From Tubiluchus corallicola (taxonomy: Eukaryota > Animalia > Priapulida), in NCBI GenBank assembly GCA_030141605.1, contig JAQGDQ010000284.1:62001-126000 (forward strand): DNA of 64,000 nt, read 5' to 3'. A program made the translations under genes and the position numbers. Numbering within the stretch: the first letter of the stretch is position 1; each line of letters begins with the position of its first letter. The notes under the pieces were generated by a model, which made no database searches, was not told the origin of the DNA, and worked only from the letters and a program-made list of their open reading frames with translations. This document shows positions 11,340-22,275 of this stretch, piece by piece.

Positions 11340-12340
11340 TTGTATCACAGTGATTGCTAACGGTGATGTACATCACAGTGACTCCTAGCAGTGAGTTGTG
11401 TCATGGTTGCTAGTGGAGTGGTGTATCACTGTGACTGCTAGTGATGAAGTGTATCGTGGTGACTGCTAATGGTGATGTACATCACAGTGACTACTAGCTC
11501 TCAATGTTTTGTGGTGCCAGTGGAGTGGTGTGTCACTGTAACTGCTAATGATGAAGTGTATCACGGTGACTGCTAATGGTGATGTACATCACAGTGACTA
11601 CTAGCTCTCAATGTTTTGTGGTGCCAGTGGAGTGGTGTGTCACTGTGACCGCTAATGATGTAGTGTATCACGGTAACTGCTAACAGTGATGTAAATAACA
11701 GTGACAACTAGCTGTGAGTTTTGTTGTGGTGCTAGTGGAGTGGTGTGTCACTGTGACCGCTAATGATGTAGTGTATTACAGTGAATGCTAACAGTGATGT
11801 AAATAACAGTGACAACTAGCTGTGAGTTTTGTCGTGGTGCTTGTGGAGTGGTGTGTCACTGTGACTGCTAATGATGTAGTGTATCACGGTGACTGCTACT
11901 GGTGATGTACATCACAGTGACTACTAGCTGTAAGTTGTGTCACGGTGCTAGTTGAGTGGTGTGTCACGGTGACTGCTAATGATGTAGTGTATCACAGTGA
12001 ATGCTAACAGTGATGTAAATAACAGTGACAACTAGCTGTGAGTTTTGTCGTGGTGCTTGTGGAGTGGTGTGTCACTGTGACTGCTAATGATGTAGTGTAT
12101 CACGGTGACTGCTACTGGTGATGTACATCACAGTGACTACTAGCTGTAAGTTGTATCACGGTGCTAGTTGAGTGGTGTGTCACGGTGACTGCTAATGATG
12201 AATTGTATCACGGTGATTGCTAACGGTGATGTACATCACAGTGACTACTAGCTGTAAGTTGTGTCACGGTGCTAGTGGAGTGGTGTGTCACGGTGACTGC
12301 TAGTGGTGAAGTGAATCATGGTGACTGCTAGCAGTGAAGT
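11340..12340. repeat. Higher-order minisatellite: ~108-bp unit of four 24-28-bp subunits with TCACNGTGA palindromic junctions
   Basis: GTGACTGCTAATGATGTAGT recurs at 11861 and 11969; subunits begin GTGACT(G/A)CTA. Confidence 0.85.
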
Positions 12341-12456
12341 GCTTCAGAATTGAAAATTATGTGGTTTCATTGTTACATTGCCATTGTTACATTGTTCTTT
12401 ACCTTGCTGTGTTTTGGCTGCTCACTAATGTATGGCAAATGTTTGTTCATTTGCAG

Positions 12457-12524
12457 ACTGCGAAGAGATGAAGACTTCAGCTCTGAAAAATGCAGAAGAA
12501 GCTTATGAAATGGATGAGATGAGA
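12457..12524 (+). CDS. INO80: INO80 exon
   Basis: ttgcag|(D)CEEMKTSALKNAEEAYEMDEMR|gtagg; resembles vertebrate KAQALKNAENAY; phase-compatible. Confidence 0.85.
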
Positions 12525-12992
12525 GTAGGTTTTGCTAAATTATTACAGTCTATACATTTGAGCATTTGAGAAAGTCCCCGGTTCAATTCTGGAGCTGCGA
12601 TATGCTTATAACTTTTTTGTCAGTCCAAATTTTTTTTCTAATTTCTTTTTATACAATAATTTTGAATATAAATATATTAAATATTTTTGATAATTTAATT
12701 CATTGTTTATTGCACGTTTTAACAGTACAAAACATATTAGTAAACAGATGTAGTGTGAACGTAGATAATAATATATAGTACAATGCGATACAATTTTTTA
12801 TTATAATTTAATGCTCTAAACAATTAATTATTCTCTTTTGCAGTACTTTATTTTATGTTTGTTTCCTGTGCTGTTTGTTTACAGTAAATTTGGTTAACAT
12901 TATGAGAATTATTTCTGTTTATAATTTATCTAATAGCCGTTCATATTTGCCGGGAAGTTTCGCGATTTTGATGATTAATTTTGTCTTTGCAG

Positions 12993-13029
12993 AGAAAGTC
13001 TTTCATTGAAGAAAACGGATCAATTCCAG
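12993..13029 (+). CDS. INO80: INO80 short exon (37 nt)
   Basis: tttgcag|RKSFIEENGSIP|gtatc; bridges phase 0 to phase 1 as the flanking exons require. Confidence 0.7.
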
Positions 13030-13898
13030 GTATCGTTGGTTAGCAAAGTTGATGTCGTTTTTTTTGGATATAAACTCTTATGTATGCCCATGTTATCTGA
13101 GCATTACAACAATGTATTATATGTTTCATATACCAAGGTATCACGTGTTTCTTTCACGTCTGCAATTTTACATGAAACAGTATCGCTAGTTATTCTTTTC
13201 ACTGCAAGTTGATTTGATGTGCGATTAAAAACCCAGTTGCTATCGGGAGTGAAATACGTGACTGAGTAAATTATACGAAGCTGACTGAGCCTAACAAAGA
13301 TAAACTGAAAGTATTAATAAAAAACAGTAGCTATAAACTCTAAACTAGTACACAATTAGTAGAAGAGCAAAAAATATCATAATTATAACCATGAAGGAAA
13401 TCAATAAGTGATCTTATTTTAAAGCTAATGTCTTAATAATATTTCTTGAAATAAATGAAATAAAGCTATATATTATTTTGAGTTCCCACAATCACAATGC
13501 AAATAGTAGTTAGTGTTGCAGCAGTTATAATAATCATCATAGTCATAGTCATCATCGTAGTCATGACCATCATGGTCATGATCATCAAATGTCAAGTCTG
13601 GTATGGGATCGCATCGAATCGGCCAACAGCAATAGGTATGAATAATTTGGTGTCGGGATGCAGGTTTGCATATGGGCACATCCTTGACTAGAGTTGCTTG
13701 CTTGCGAAGTTGGTTCTGTTAGCAATTGAATGTTTTTTTTGTAAGGTGTAGCGCTTTCTCAAATTACTGTTCTTTTGTTTTAGCTGTAGTTACTGAGATA
13801 CTATGACTATTTTAACCACAATATACTGCTACATGCAAACTGGCTCTGGATGTTTCTTTTATTTAACTGTTAATGCAAGATTAAACTTGTTTGTTTAG

Positions 13899-13993
13899 GT
13901 GAAATGAGTTTAAGCAATCCAAGCATTGCTGGTGATCAGGACAGAGGACAACCCGACATCTTTCATGGAACTTTGAAATCTTACCAGCTTAAG
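13899..13993 (+). CDS. INO80: INO80 exon (Q motif)
   Basis: tttag|(G)EMSLSNPSIAGDQDRGQPDIFHGTLKSYQLK|gtttg. Confidence 0.93.
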
Positions 13994-14003
13994 GTTTGTT
14001 CGT

Positions 14004-14454
14004 TATTGTTGTTGGCATCCTTCTGTCTCTGAAGACAATGGAGTGTGCGCCAAGAGAGTCAGTTATTGATCACATTGATTGAGCTGCAGCGTCGACTGTG
14101 GCTAAGCAGTCTCATCCTTGAACCACTGGAGTGGCCTCTCCAGGGCGCACGCCTGGGCAAGGTGTATGGAAATCCTGAGCTGCCCAGACAACAGGAACCG
14201 CCTCTCTTCCTCCCTAGTGTAGTCCAAAGGAAAGCGGAGCGATACGTTTGGCACCAGGTTGGCTGCTGGAGCTGCCGGAGTCAGTGAGCATACTGCACTG
14301 GTCTGCCTTCGGGGCTCCACTCCTGATTTGGAAGGTTTACTCCTTTACACATGGCCGTTGGGTCACTTGACCTCCTCTGCCCTGTAGCCGTTGACTGCTT
14401 GTGCTGCTCCTCCGCCTAGTGTCAAGATACAGTGTGGGCATCCCTCACTGATGT
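14004..14454 (-). mobile_element. Non-autonomous RTE-derived bipartite retroposon (5'UTR-like part plus 3' end)
   Basis: Ends GACAGAAGGATGCCAACAACAATA on the minus strand. Flanked by the 9-bp direct repeat TTTGTTCGT (13995 and 14455). Second copy at 46745. Confidence 0.75.
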
Positions 14455-14640
14455 TTTGTTCGTACTGTTACTACAAACGTATCACATAAACTAATTATAT
14501 TTTGTCATCTCGGTAGTGTCACAACGTTATGTGATAACTGGGGGGTGGAATAGCCATTTGTCATAATGTGAAATTCACAACATCAAGTTGGGCCAACTGG
14601 ATGGCCACTGCCATAAAATTTCTGTGTTTAGATGTAGTAA

Positions 14641-15011
14641 GCCTTTTCACAGTTCCAGTGATTGGTGATGATAATCGTGAAAAGGCCAAAGGTTAAGTGT
14701 ACAATACTTCACATTTGTGCATACATTTGCAGCCCATGCTATTCTAATAGTAACACTTTAACACCTAACTAGAACCTTACCTGGTTCAATTTTTTTTGTT
14801 CTCAAGCAAGATCTTGCTAGTAAATCACTCTACGCACAGGCTAATGCATAATTAATTAAAGTGCAAGTGAAACAACTGATGTTACTGCACTGATGCAGCA
14901 GATGGCCTTGCTTTACACACATGTCACGTGATGGTTGTAGTTAAGACGCATTTCTGTGGTACACTTGACCTGCAGCTACTGCGCGTGTGTGCGACAAAAC
15001 TGTGAAAGGGC
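14641..15011. mobile_element. MITE with TIR GCC(T/C)TTTCACAGTT; related pieces near 5418, 6220 and (inverted) 29165-29420
   Basis: GCCTTTTCACAGTT ... AACTGTGAAAGGGC; internal sequence is shared among the copies. Confidence 0.65.
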
Positions 15012-15195
15012 TTGTTACATTCGTTGCAGGTTCTTTAGCTAGATTTCGGTCTTGCCACATTCGTCAACGAAACAATCTCTGGGGTTTGAATTAAAAAATG
15101 CTGTGGATTGTACTGTGTAAAAGCATGAAACTGTTTTCTAATCTCTACTGTAACATGATCACAATTAATCTTTCTATATTGTTTGTAAACTGCAG

Positions 15196-15309
15196 GGTAT
15201 GAACTGGTTGGCTAACCTGTATGATCAAGGTATCAATGGTATTCTGGCTGATGAAATGGGATTGGGAAAAACTGTGCAGAGTATAGCCTTCCTTGCAAAC
15301 CTTTGTGAG
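15196..15309 (+). CDS. INO80: INO80 exon (helicase motif I / Walker A)
   Basis: tgcag|[38 protein letters not shown]|gtaaga. Confidence 0.97.
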
Positions 15310-17036
15310 GTAAGACGACACGATTGTTCTTCATCAGTGTCTTGCAAACCTTTGTGAGGTAAGATGACACGATTGTTCTACATCAGTGTCTTGCAAACCT
15401 TTGTGAGGTAAGACGACACGATTGTTCTTCATCAGTGTATTGCAAACCTTTGTGAGGTAAGACGACACGATTGTTCTTCATCAGTGTCTTGCAAACCTTT
15501 GTGAGGTAAGACGACACGATTGTTCTTCATTAGTGTATTGCAAACCTTTGTGAGGTAAGACGACACGATTGTTCTTCATCAGTGTCTTGCAAACCTTTGT
15601 GAGGTAAGACGTTATGATTGTTCTACATCAGTGTCTTGCAAACCTTTGTGAGGTAAGACGACACGATTGTTCTTCATCAGTGTCTTGCAAACCTTTGTGA
15701 GGTAAGACGACACGATTGTTCTTCATCAGTGCTTTGCAAACCTTTGTGAGGTAAGACGACATGATTGTTCTTCATCAGTGTATTGCAAACCTTTGTGAGG
15801 TAAGACGACACGATTGTTCTTCATCAGTGTCTTGCACACCTTTGTGAGGTAAGACAACGTGATTGTTCTAAATCAGTGTCTTGCACACCTTTGTGAGGGA
15901 AGACCACACGATTGTTCTACATCAGTGTCCTACACACCTTTGTGAGTTAGGCGACATGATTGTTCTACATCAGTATCTTGTACACTTGTGTGAGGTAAGA
16001 CGTCACGATTGTTCTACATCAGTGTCCTACACACCTTTGTGAGGTAAGACAACACGATTGTTCTACATCAGTGTCTTACACACCTTTGTGAGGTAAGACA
16101 ACACGATTGTTCTACATCAGTGTCCTACACACCTTTGTGAGGTAAGACAACGCGATTGTTCTACGTCAGTGTCTTACACACCTTTGTGAGGTAAGACAAC
16201 GCGATTGTTCTACGTCAGTGTCTTACACACCTTTGTGAGGTAAGACAACACGATTGTTCTACATCAGTGTCCTACACACCTTTGTGAGGTAAGACAACAC
16301 GATTGTTCTACATCAGTGTCCTACACACCTTTGTGAGGTAAGACAACGCGATTGTTCTACATCAGTGTCCTACACACCTTTGTGAGGTAAGACAACACGA
16401 TTGTTCTACATCAGTGTCCTACACACCTTCGTGAGGTAAGACAACACGATTGTTCTACATCAATGTCCTACACACCTTTGTGAGGTAAGACAACACGATT
16501 GTTCTACATCAATGTCCTACACACCTTTGTGAGGTAAGACAACACGATTGTTCTACATCAGTGTCTTACACACTTTTGTGAGGTAAGACGTCACGATTGT
16601 TCTACATCAGTGTCCTACACACCTTCGTGAGGTAAGACAACACGATTGTTCTACATCAGTGTCCTACACACCTTTGTGAGGTAAGACTACACGATTGTTC
16701 TACATCAGTATCTTGTACACCTTTGTGAGGTAAGACAACACGATTGTTCTACATCAGTGTCTTACACACTTTTGTGAGGTAAGACGTCACGATTGTTCTA
16801 CATCAGTGTCCTACACACCTTCGTGAGGTAAGACAACACGATTGTTCTACATCAGTGTCCTACACACCTTTGTGAGGTAAGACTACACGATTGTTCTACA
16901 TCAGTATCTTGTACACCTTTGTGAGGTAAGACAACACGATTGTTCTACATCAGTGTCCTACACACTTTTGTGAGGTAAGACGTCACGATTGTTCTACATC
17001 AGTGTCCTACACACCTTTGTGAGTTAGACGACACGA
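15291..17036 (+). repeat. 49-bp tandem array (~35 copies) whose unit is the exon end plus the 5' splice site
   Basis: Unit CTTGCAAACCTTTGTGAG|GTAAGACGACACGATTGTTCTTCATCAGTGT; the first copy is the real exon/intron junction. Confidence 0.95.
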
Positions 17037-17203
17037 CTCTAATATTTTTTCTACACTTTGATGTTTAAGGTGTTGTGACTCAGCCTACAGAAGTGTGTAG
17101 AAGTGTATAAGAAATTAAATATTAATGATATCTATCATTGTGATAACTTTTTAGTTTTGTTGAACTGTAAACTGATGTTCAGAGCATTTGTTTTTTCTCT
17201 CAG

Positions 17204-17299
17204 GCCCAGGGCATCTGGGGTCCGTTCCTCATAATCGCTCCGGCTTCTACGCTTCACAATTGGACGCAGGAGTTCACAAGATTTGTGCCAAAGTTAAAG
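17204..17299 (+). CDS. INO80: INO80 exon (motif Ia)
   Basis: ctcag|[32 protein letters not shown]|gtgag. Confidence 0.96.
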
Positions 17300-18957
17300 G
17301 TGAGAGGATATTTACCACTGCACATTTACTAACAATTTTTATTATTTTTACGTACCTGAAATAAAGAATTTTAACGAAGGATTACCACAAAGGCTGGCTT
17401 AAGTTTTTACATTTTTATCCTTGATTTGTTGCCAATTGTGCAAATTAACGAGGTCTCTACGAGGGGCGTAGCCAGGTTCTAAAGTTAGGGGTGCAGTGTA
17501 GCAATTATATGTTTGTCAATTTAATAAAGACAATATCAGTGAATATATTATGATAATTAGATTTGGGGCAGTTTGATCCTTGGTTCGATCAGTCAACTTT
17601 GACAAATGAGTTATGTGAATGCACGCTGATTTCAACAACACGGGAGGCTGTGGTTCCCTTTGCTTCCCTACTAACCAAGTCTCTACGTGTTTTTTTAAAT
17701 GCACACTAGCTTCAGTTAGCTTAATAATACATTCAGTAGATGGCAGCAGTCTAAAAACACTGGTAATGTCATGTTGTACCTAACATCGTAGCATCTATTG
17801 GCAAGATAAACTGAAAACTGTATAAAATGGTGTTCTGTTAGATACTTTACTCTGCTCGGTTGAACGAAGCCAGTTTTGTCTATTAACCCTTTCACTACGG
17901 AAGGCGGCATGTTTTTCTTGTAAGGGACGGAAGTCAATAGACTGCCTTCTGAGCTCAGCACTAAGCTCCGTTACCCAGGTCTGTTTATTTCACTGCTACG
18001 GACCTGCAAAAACATTGTAGAAAAGTTTAACAGCCGTAGGATTGGGGTTGCTTCTCAACAAGTAACGCCAACCAGCCAATCAGAGTCTGAAGCCAGGTGC
18101 ATTCCAAAGTACTGTACTATATAGTATGTTCTCGTGCAAAATTGCTTTTTGATAGTTGGTGAAACGTGTTTAGTCACTTGTTCTGCATTCTTACAAAAAA
18201 TTGCATATTATGGATGGTTAATATGGACTTTTATGAAAATTGGCTTTTAAATATAAGTATGTGTATTACGTTTAAACTTTAGAACATCAGATATGTTTAA
18301 TATGCAGCAATTGTCGTTTTATCTGTAATAATAATTACAGCAATAAGTTTTTAGTGAAAAACCAAAGTTTGATGCAGGTAAATTACTAAATTATGTTACG
18401 TGATTTTCGTCTATAATTATACAAAAAAATAACAGCGAATTAGCCCTAATTGTATAAAGCAGTTCAATAAAGATAATTAGACACTTACATGTGGTCTCTC
18501 TGAGTTTTGGCGCTTATAACTTGCAAAACACAACAGAAATCAATTCACAACATTCACATCATATCAACTTGAATTGCATACCAGGTAATGTCTACCTGGC
18601 CAACTACCTGGTCACATGACTGATGACAGTTAAAGGGGCAAGACCAAATTTAACAGGTAGGGAAATGTGTATGTGCTTCTTTGTATGAGTGTGCACCTGT
18701 GTGCGTGCATGAGTGTATGTATGTATGCGCGGATGTGTGAGCATGTGTATGAATAAAACTAATATTCAATATTAGTATTTAATAACAAATGGCTGTTTGT
18801 TTATTTACAAGATTCTGTTTTTGTAACACACCACAAGAAGTTATTGTCAAATGTGCAAAAGTCAATGCTTCTCTGATAAAAAGCAGCTACGTAATGAAAG
18901 GGTTAAACTGGCTTCTTTTGCAACTGATGTAAGTGAACGTGTTTGAAACTTATCTAG

Positions 18958-19160
18958 GTTGTTCCCTACTGGGGTAACCCAAGTGACAGACGTGTCCTGC
19001 GCAAATTCTGGAATCAGAAGCAACTGCACACGGAGGACGCTTCGTTCCAGGTTGTCATCACCAGCTACCAACTTGTAGTCCAAGACGTCAAGTACTTTCA
19101 GCGGATAAAGTGGCAGTACATGATACTAGACGAAGCTCAAGCTATAAAGAGTAGTGCTAG
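18958..19160 (+). CDS. INO80: INO80 exon (motif II, DEAQ)
   Basis: tctag|[21 protein letters not shown]...[34 protein letters not shown]|gtaag. Confidence 0.97.
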
Positions 19161-19460
19161 GTAAGATAGCATTGTTGTTTCTCGTTCTTAGTTTTGTTAC
19201 AATTCACTTAGACTACAGGGATGAAAATTTTCCGCGGATACGCAGAATTCCAAGTTTTTGGAAGACCAGTAGTGCCATTTTTGTAAATCTCATAAATTCG
19301 TTGAGAAAATTTTTATGGACCCAGTACATTATTTCACAAGCTGACTGCTAGTTGGCAGGCCGTCACTTTGTTTACATCATGTACATCAGTGTAACCACGT
19401 GTATTTCTCTATGTATAAAAATATAGAATCAATTGTGCGGAGTTATTTGAGTCAATTGCA

Positions 19461-19761
19461 GACTATAAACTGTACAGGTAGAAAAATGGGCGTTGTCTAA
19501 GACTGTAAATTGAACAGGTAGAAAAATGGACTTTGTCCAAGACTATAAACTGAACAGGTAGAAAAATGGACATTGTCTAAGACTATAAACTGAAGATGTA
19601 GAATAATGGACATTGTCTAAGACTATAAATTAAGGATGTAGGAAAATGGACATTGTCTAAGACTATAAACTGAAGATGTAGAATAATGGACATTGTCTAA
19701 GACTATAAACTGAAGATGTAGAATAATGGACATTGTCTAAGACTATAAACTGAAGATGTAG
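19461..19761. repeat. 40-bp tandem repeat, ~7.5 copies
   Basis: GACTATAAACTGAAGATGTAGAATAATGGACATTGTCTAA at 40-bp spacing. Confidence 0.9.
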
Positions 19762-20079
19762 AGAAGTCAGATTTGCACTTGATTTCTGACATTACTGTCG
19801 TTGCAACAACAATTCATTTCTAGTCAAAAAATGGACAAAAAGAATTGTCAAGGAACCATTTTGATTCGTTGAAGAGCTGGCTAACAGTGGAGAAAATTTT
19901 AAAAATGAAGATGTGTAAGTGAATTTTCAGACATCCTACATTGCTAAACTTGTAACGACATTGATTTTTGAAACAACAATCTAAATCAAACAAAGGTGAA
20001 GGTGCTTTGAAGTTGCTCTCGTGCATTATTCTCACAAAGCTGTTGTTTTTAATCACCTTTATAAGGTCTTTTGCACACT

Positions 20080-20187
20080 CAATTAACTGTTTGTAGTGTG
20101 TTAAAAACTGCCAAATGCATGGTATACCTACTCATTTAACTGTTTGTAGTGTGCTAAAATTGCTAATGCGTAGCATACCTACTCAAT

Positions 20188-20239
<52 letters not shown>

Positions 20240-20560
20240 CAAGGAAGTTAGTTTATCAGCATTTTTAAAATAGCAAAATACGTAACTAAGAGATTTATAA
20301 ATCTATACAACATACAATAATATTACAAAGTGCAAAAGTAATTATTGATTAGTGGTGAAAGGGTGGCGAAAGAACTATAAGTTATCGAGGTCAGCCACCC
20401 TCTCACGATTGTTACTAATATAATTAATTAGTTAATGCGCATGTACCAGGTAATTAAAAATTATCAGATTTTGCATTTTAGACGAATGAAAATTGAATTA
20501 TTATACGAATGTGTTAGTTTATAATACTGTTTGTAGTGTGCTAAAATTGCTAATACATAG
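20080..20560. repeat. ~52-bp repeat (ACTGTTTGTAGTGTGCTAAAATTGCTAATGC...) interrupted by a probable retroposon 3' end with a (GTAA)n tract
   Basis: Units at ~20086, 20138 and 20526; (GTAA)n at ~20190-20240. The same unit recurs at 23970-24160 and 24930-25125. Confidence 0.7.
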
Positions 20561-20671
20561 TACACCTGTGTAACAAAACAATCTTAATTTTGACGTTTTT
20601 TAATCATGAACACTTTGTTCGATGTAGAGTGTCATTGCTGTTTTACTCTTGATGTAAATTACAGTGTACTA

Positions 20672-21287
20672 GTGTGTTTGCACAGCAAAATTGTCCACAA
20701 GTCGGTAATTGAGTTTTTCTAGTTATTCACATATCCTGAATCTCCATTTCGTGAGGATCATTTTGATACCACGCTCATCGCTTTATCTTATTTTTAAGCT
20801 GCGTTGAAGTTGAGGTGCAGGCTTCACACCGAAAAACATAACCCTGAGAAAATCGCTGTTAAAGTTAGACATTGTTTTTTGATATGGCTAACAAAACACT
20901 TAGCAATCGCACAAATATTGGTTGCTACGACTTTGCAAGAATACATTGAAGTTGTGTTTAAATTCAGTAGATGGCTTTTCCTGACGAAGATCTGGACTTG
21001 GCAATGGAAAAAACCCGAAGCAAAATGACAGGAGCTACAGCCAGAGTTCAAAAATACAAGTTTTTTTACAATTGCAGTACTAATTTCTAGACAGAAAAGA
21101 GTTATAAAATTGTGTTTTTTGAACACTGTCTTGATAATTTGATGCTAGAATATAAGTCCAATGTATTTGCTGTTGGTTTTTTGACAATTGACCTTTGACC
21201 AAAGTGTTGAGTCATTCTACTTTGAAGCATCATAATGTACTTTCAAGTTTACCGATTTACTGACGGTTTTGGTACGCAAGCACACAT
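20672..21287. mobile_element. ~620-660-bp MITE with imperfect TIR TGTGTGCTTGCA...; other copies at 35461-35684 (partial), 36491-37116 and 49798-50456
   Basis: Shared body (TTTTCTAGTTATTCACATATCCTGAATCTCCATTTC...GTTGAAGTTGAGGTGCAGGC) and ends GTGTG(C/T)TTGCA ... GCAAGCACAC. Confidence 0.8.
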
Positions 21288-21777
21288 TTGTTATTTTTTT
21301 TTAATTTTTTGCACTTTAAGATGGTAAAGTATTATCGGTTTTAGCTTCAGTCTCAGTCAGCACTTGTTGAAGTTTGTTTTCAGTTTCAACACAGTTTTTT
21401 TGCTTCATTCAATTCCGAGCCTCTGTTGACCATTATGCACTAGCAGTGTAGCCGTTGTTGTGGTGGAACCGTGCTTTTGTGTTAGAGCTGCAGGTTCAAG
21501 ACTGGGGTTGGCAGAAAAATTTTGTCAGCTGATTGAACTCCTGAGGATTCACTAACATGCTTTTACTAATTAAACTTCTTTTTGACCTAATCAGTGGTGG
21601 CTCGTATATAGACGCTGCAGAACTGCAGCGCCCCCTATTTTGACTCTGTATAAAGATAACATTTAACACAATGAGTGTTTTTTCTTTAGTTCTTTCTTTG
21701 TATTTGCACATTATATAGTCTTTAAGCTTAATTTCCATTGAGCCATTTCCTGGTTCATGAAAAAAATTATAAAAATA

Positions 21778-21969
21778 CAGTAAGTCCTCGCTTAACGACT
21801 ATAATGTGTTCCAGCATTCAATGCATCAAATTATGTAAAAATATTTCCGACAAAATAAAAATTTGCCTTGACCAAAGTAAAAAAATTGTCGTTAACGGGA
21901 AACATGCATCGTTAGGTGAAACAAAGGTGTGTCATCACTAAACAGGGAGTCTTAAACAAGGACTGACTG
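21778..21969. mobile_element. Tc1/mariner (pogo/Tigger-like) MITE
   Basis: TA|CAGTAAGTCCTCGCTTAA ... TTAAACAAGGACTGACTG|TA; 18-bp TIR with 3 mismatches and TA target duplication. Confidence 0.7.
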
Positions 21970-22275
21970 TACTTGCATGGAATTGTGCAGCTTTGTGGTT
22001 TCAGTGACGTGGTGTTTGGCTGTTGTGAGATGCGGCCATGCACACACGTCTGAGATAAGATGCTGCATGGTAGGTAGAGAAAGTACTGTCGCTCACACAG
22101 TGTCGATCATGGAGGAAATTATTAATCTTTTTGCGCAGAGTAAAACAAGAAGAATTGATTTTGTTTTTAAATGAATGGATTAATTTAAACTCAAATTAAC
22201 CTAATAAATTAATTAATTAGATTAATTTATATTAAATTATTTTTAAATTAGATTAATTTAATTTGAACTGTAACA

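Noticed and set aside
15310-17036. CRISPR-like array or hammerhead ribozyme array (CTGATGA on the minus strand)
   Set aside because: No unique spacers and no cas genes; eukaryotic context; no correctly placed GAAA or stems for a hammerhead.
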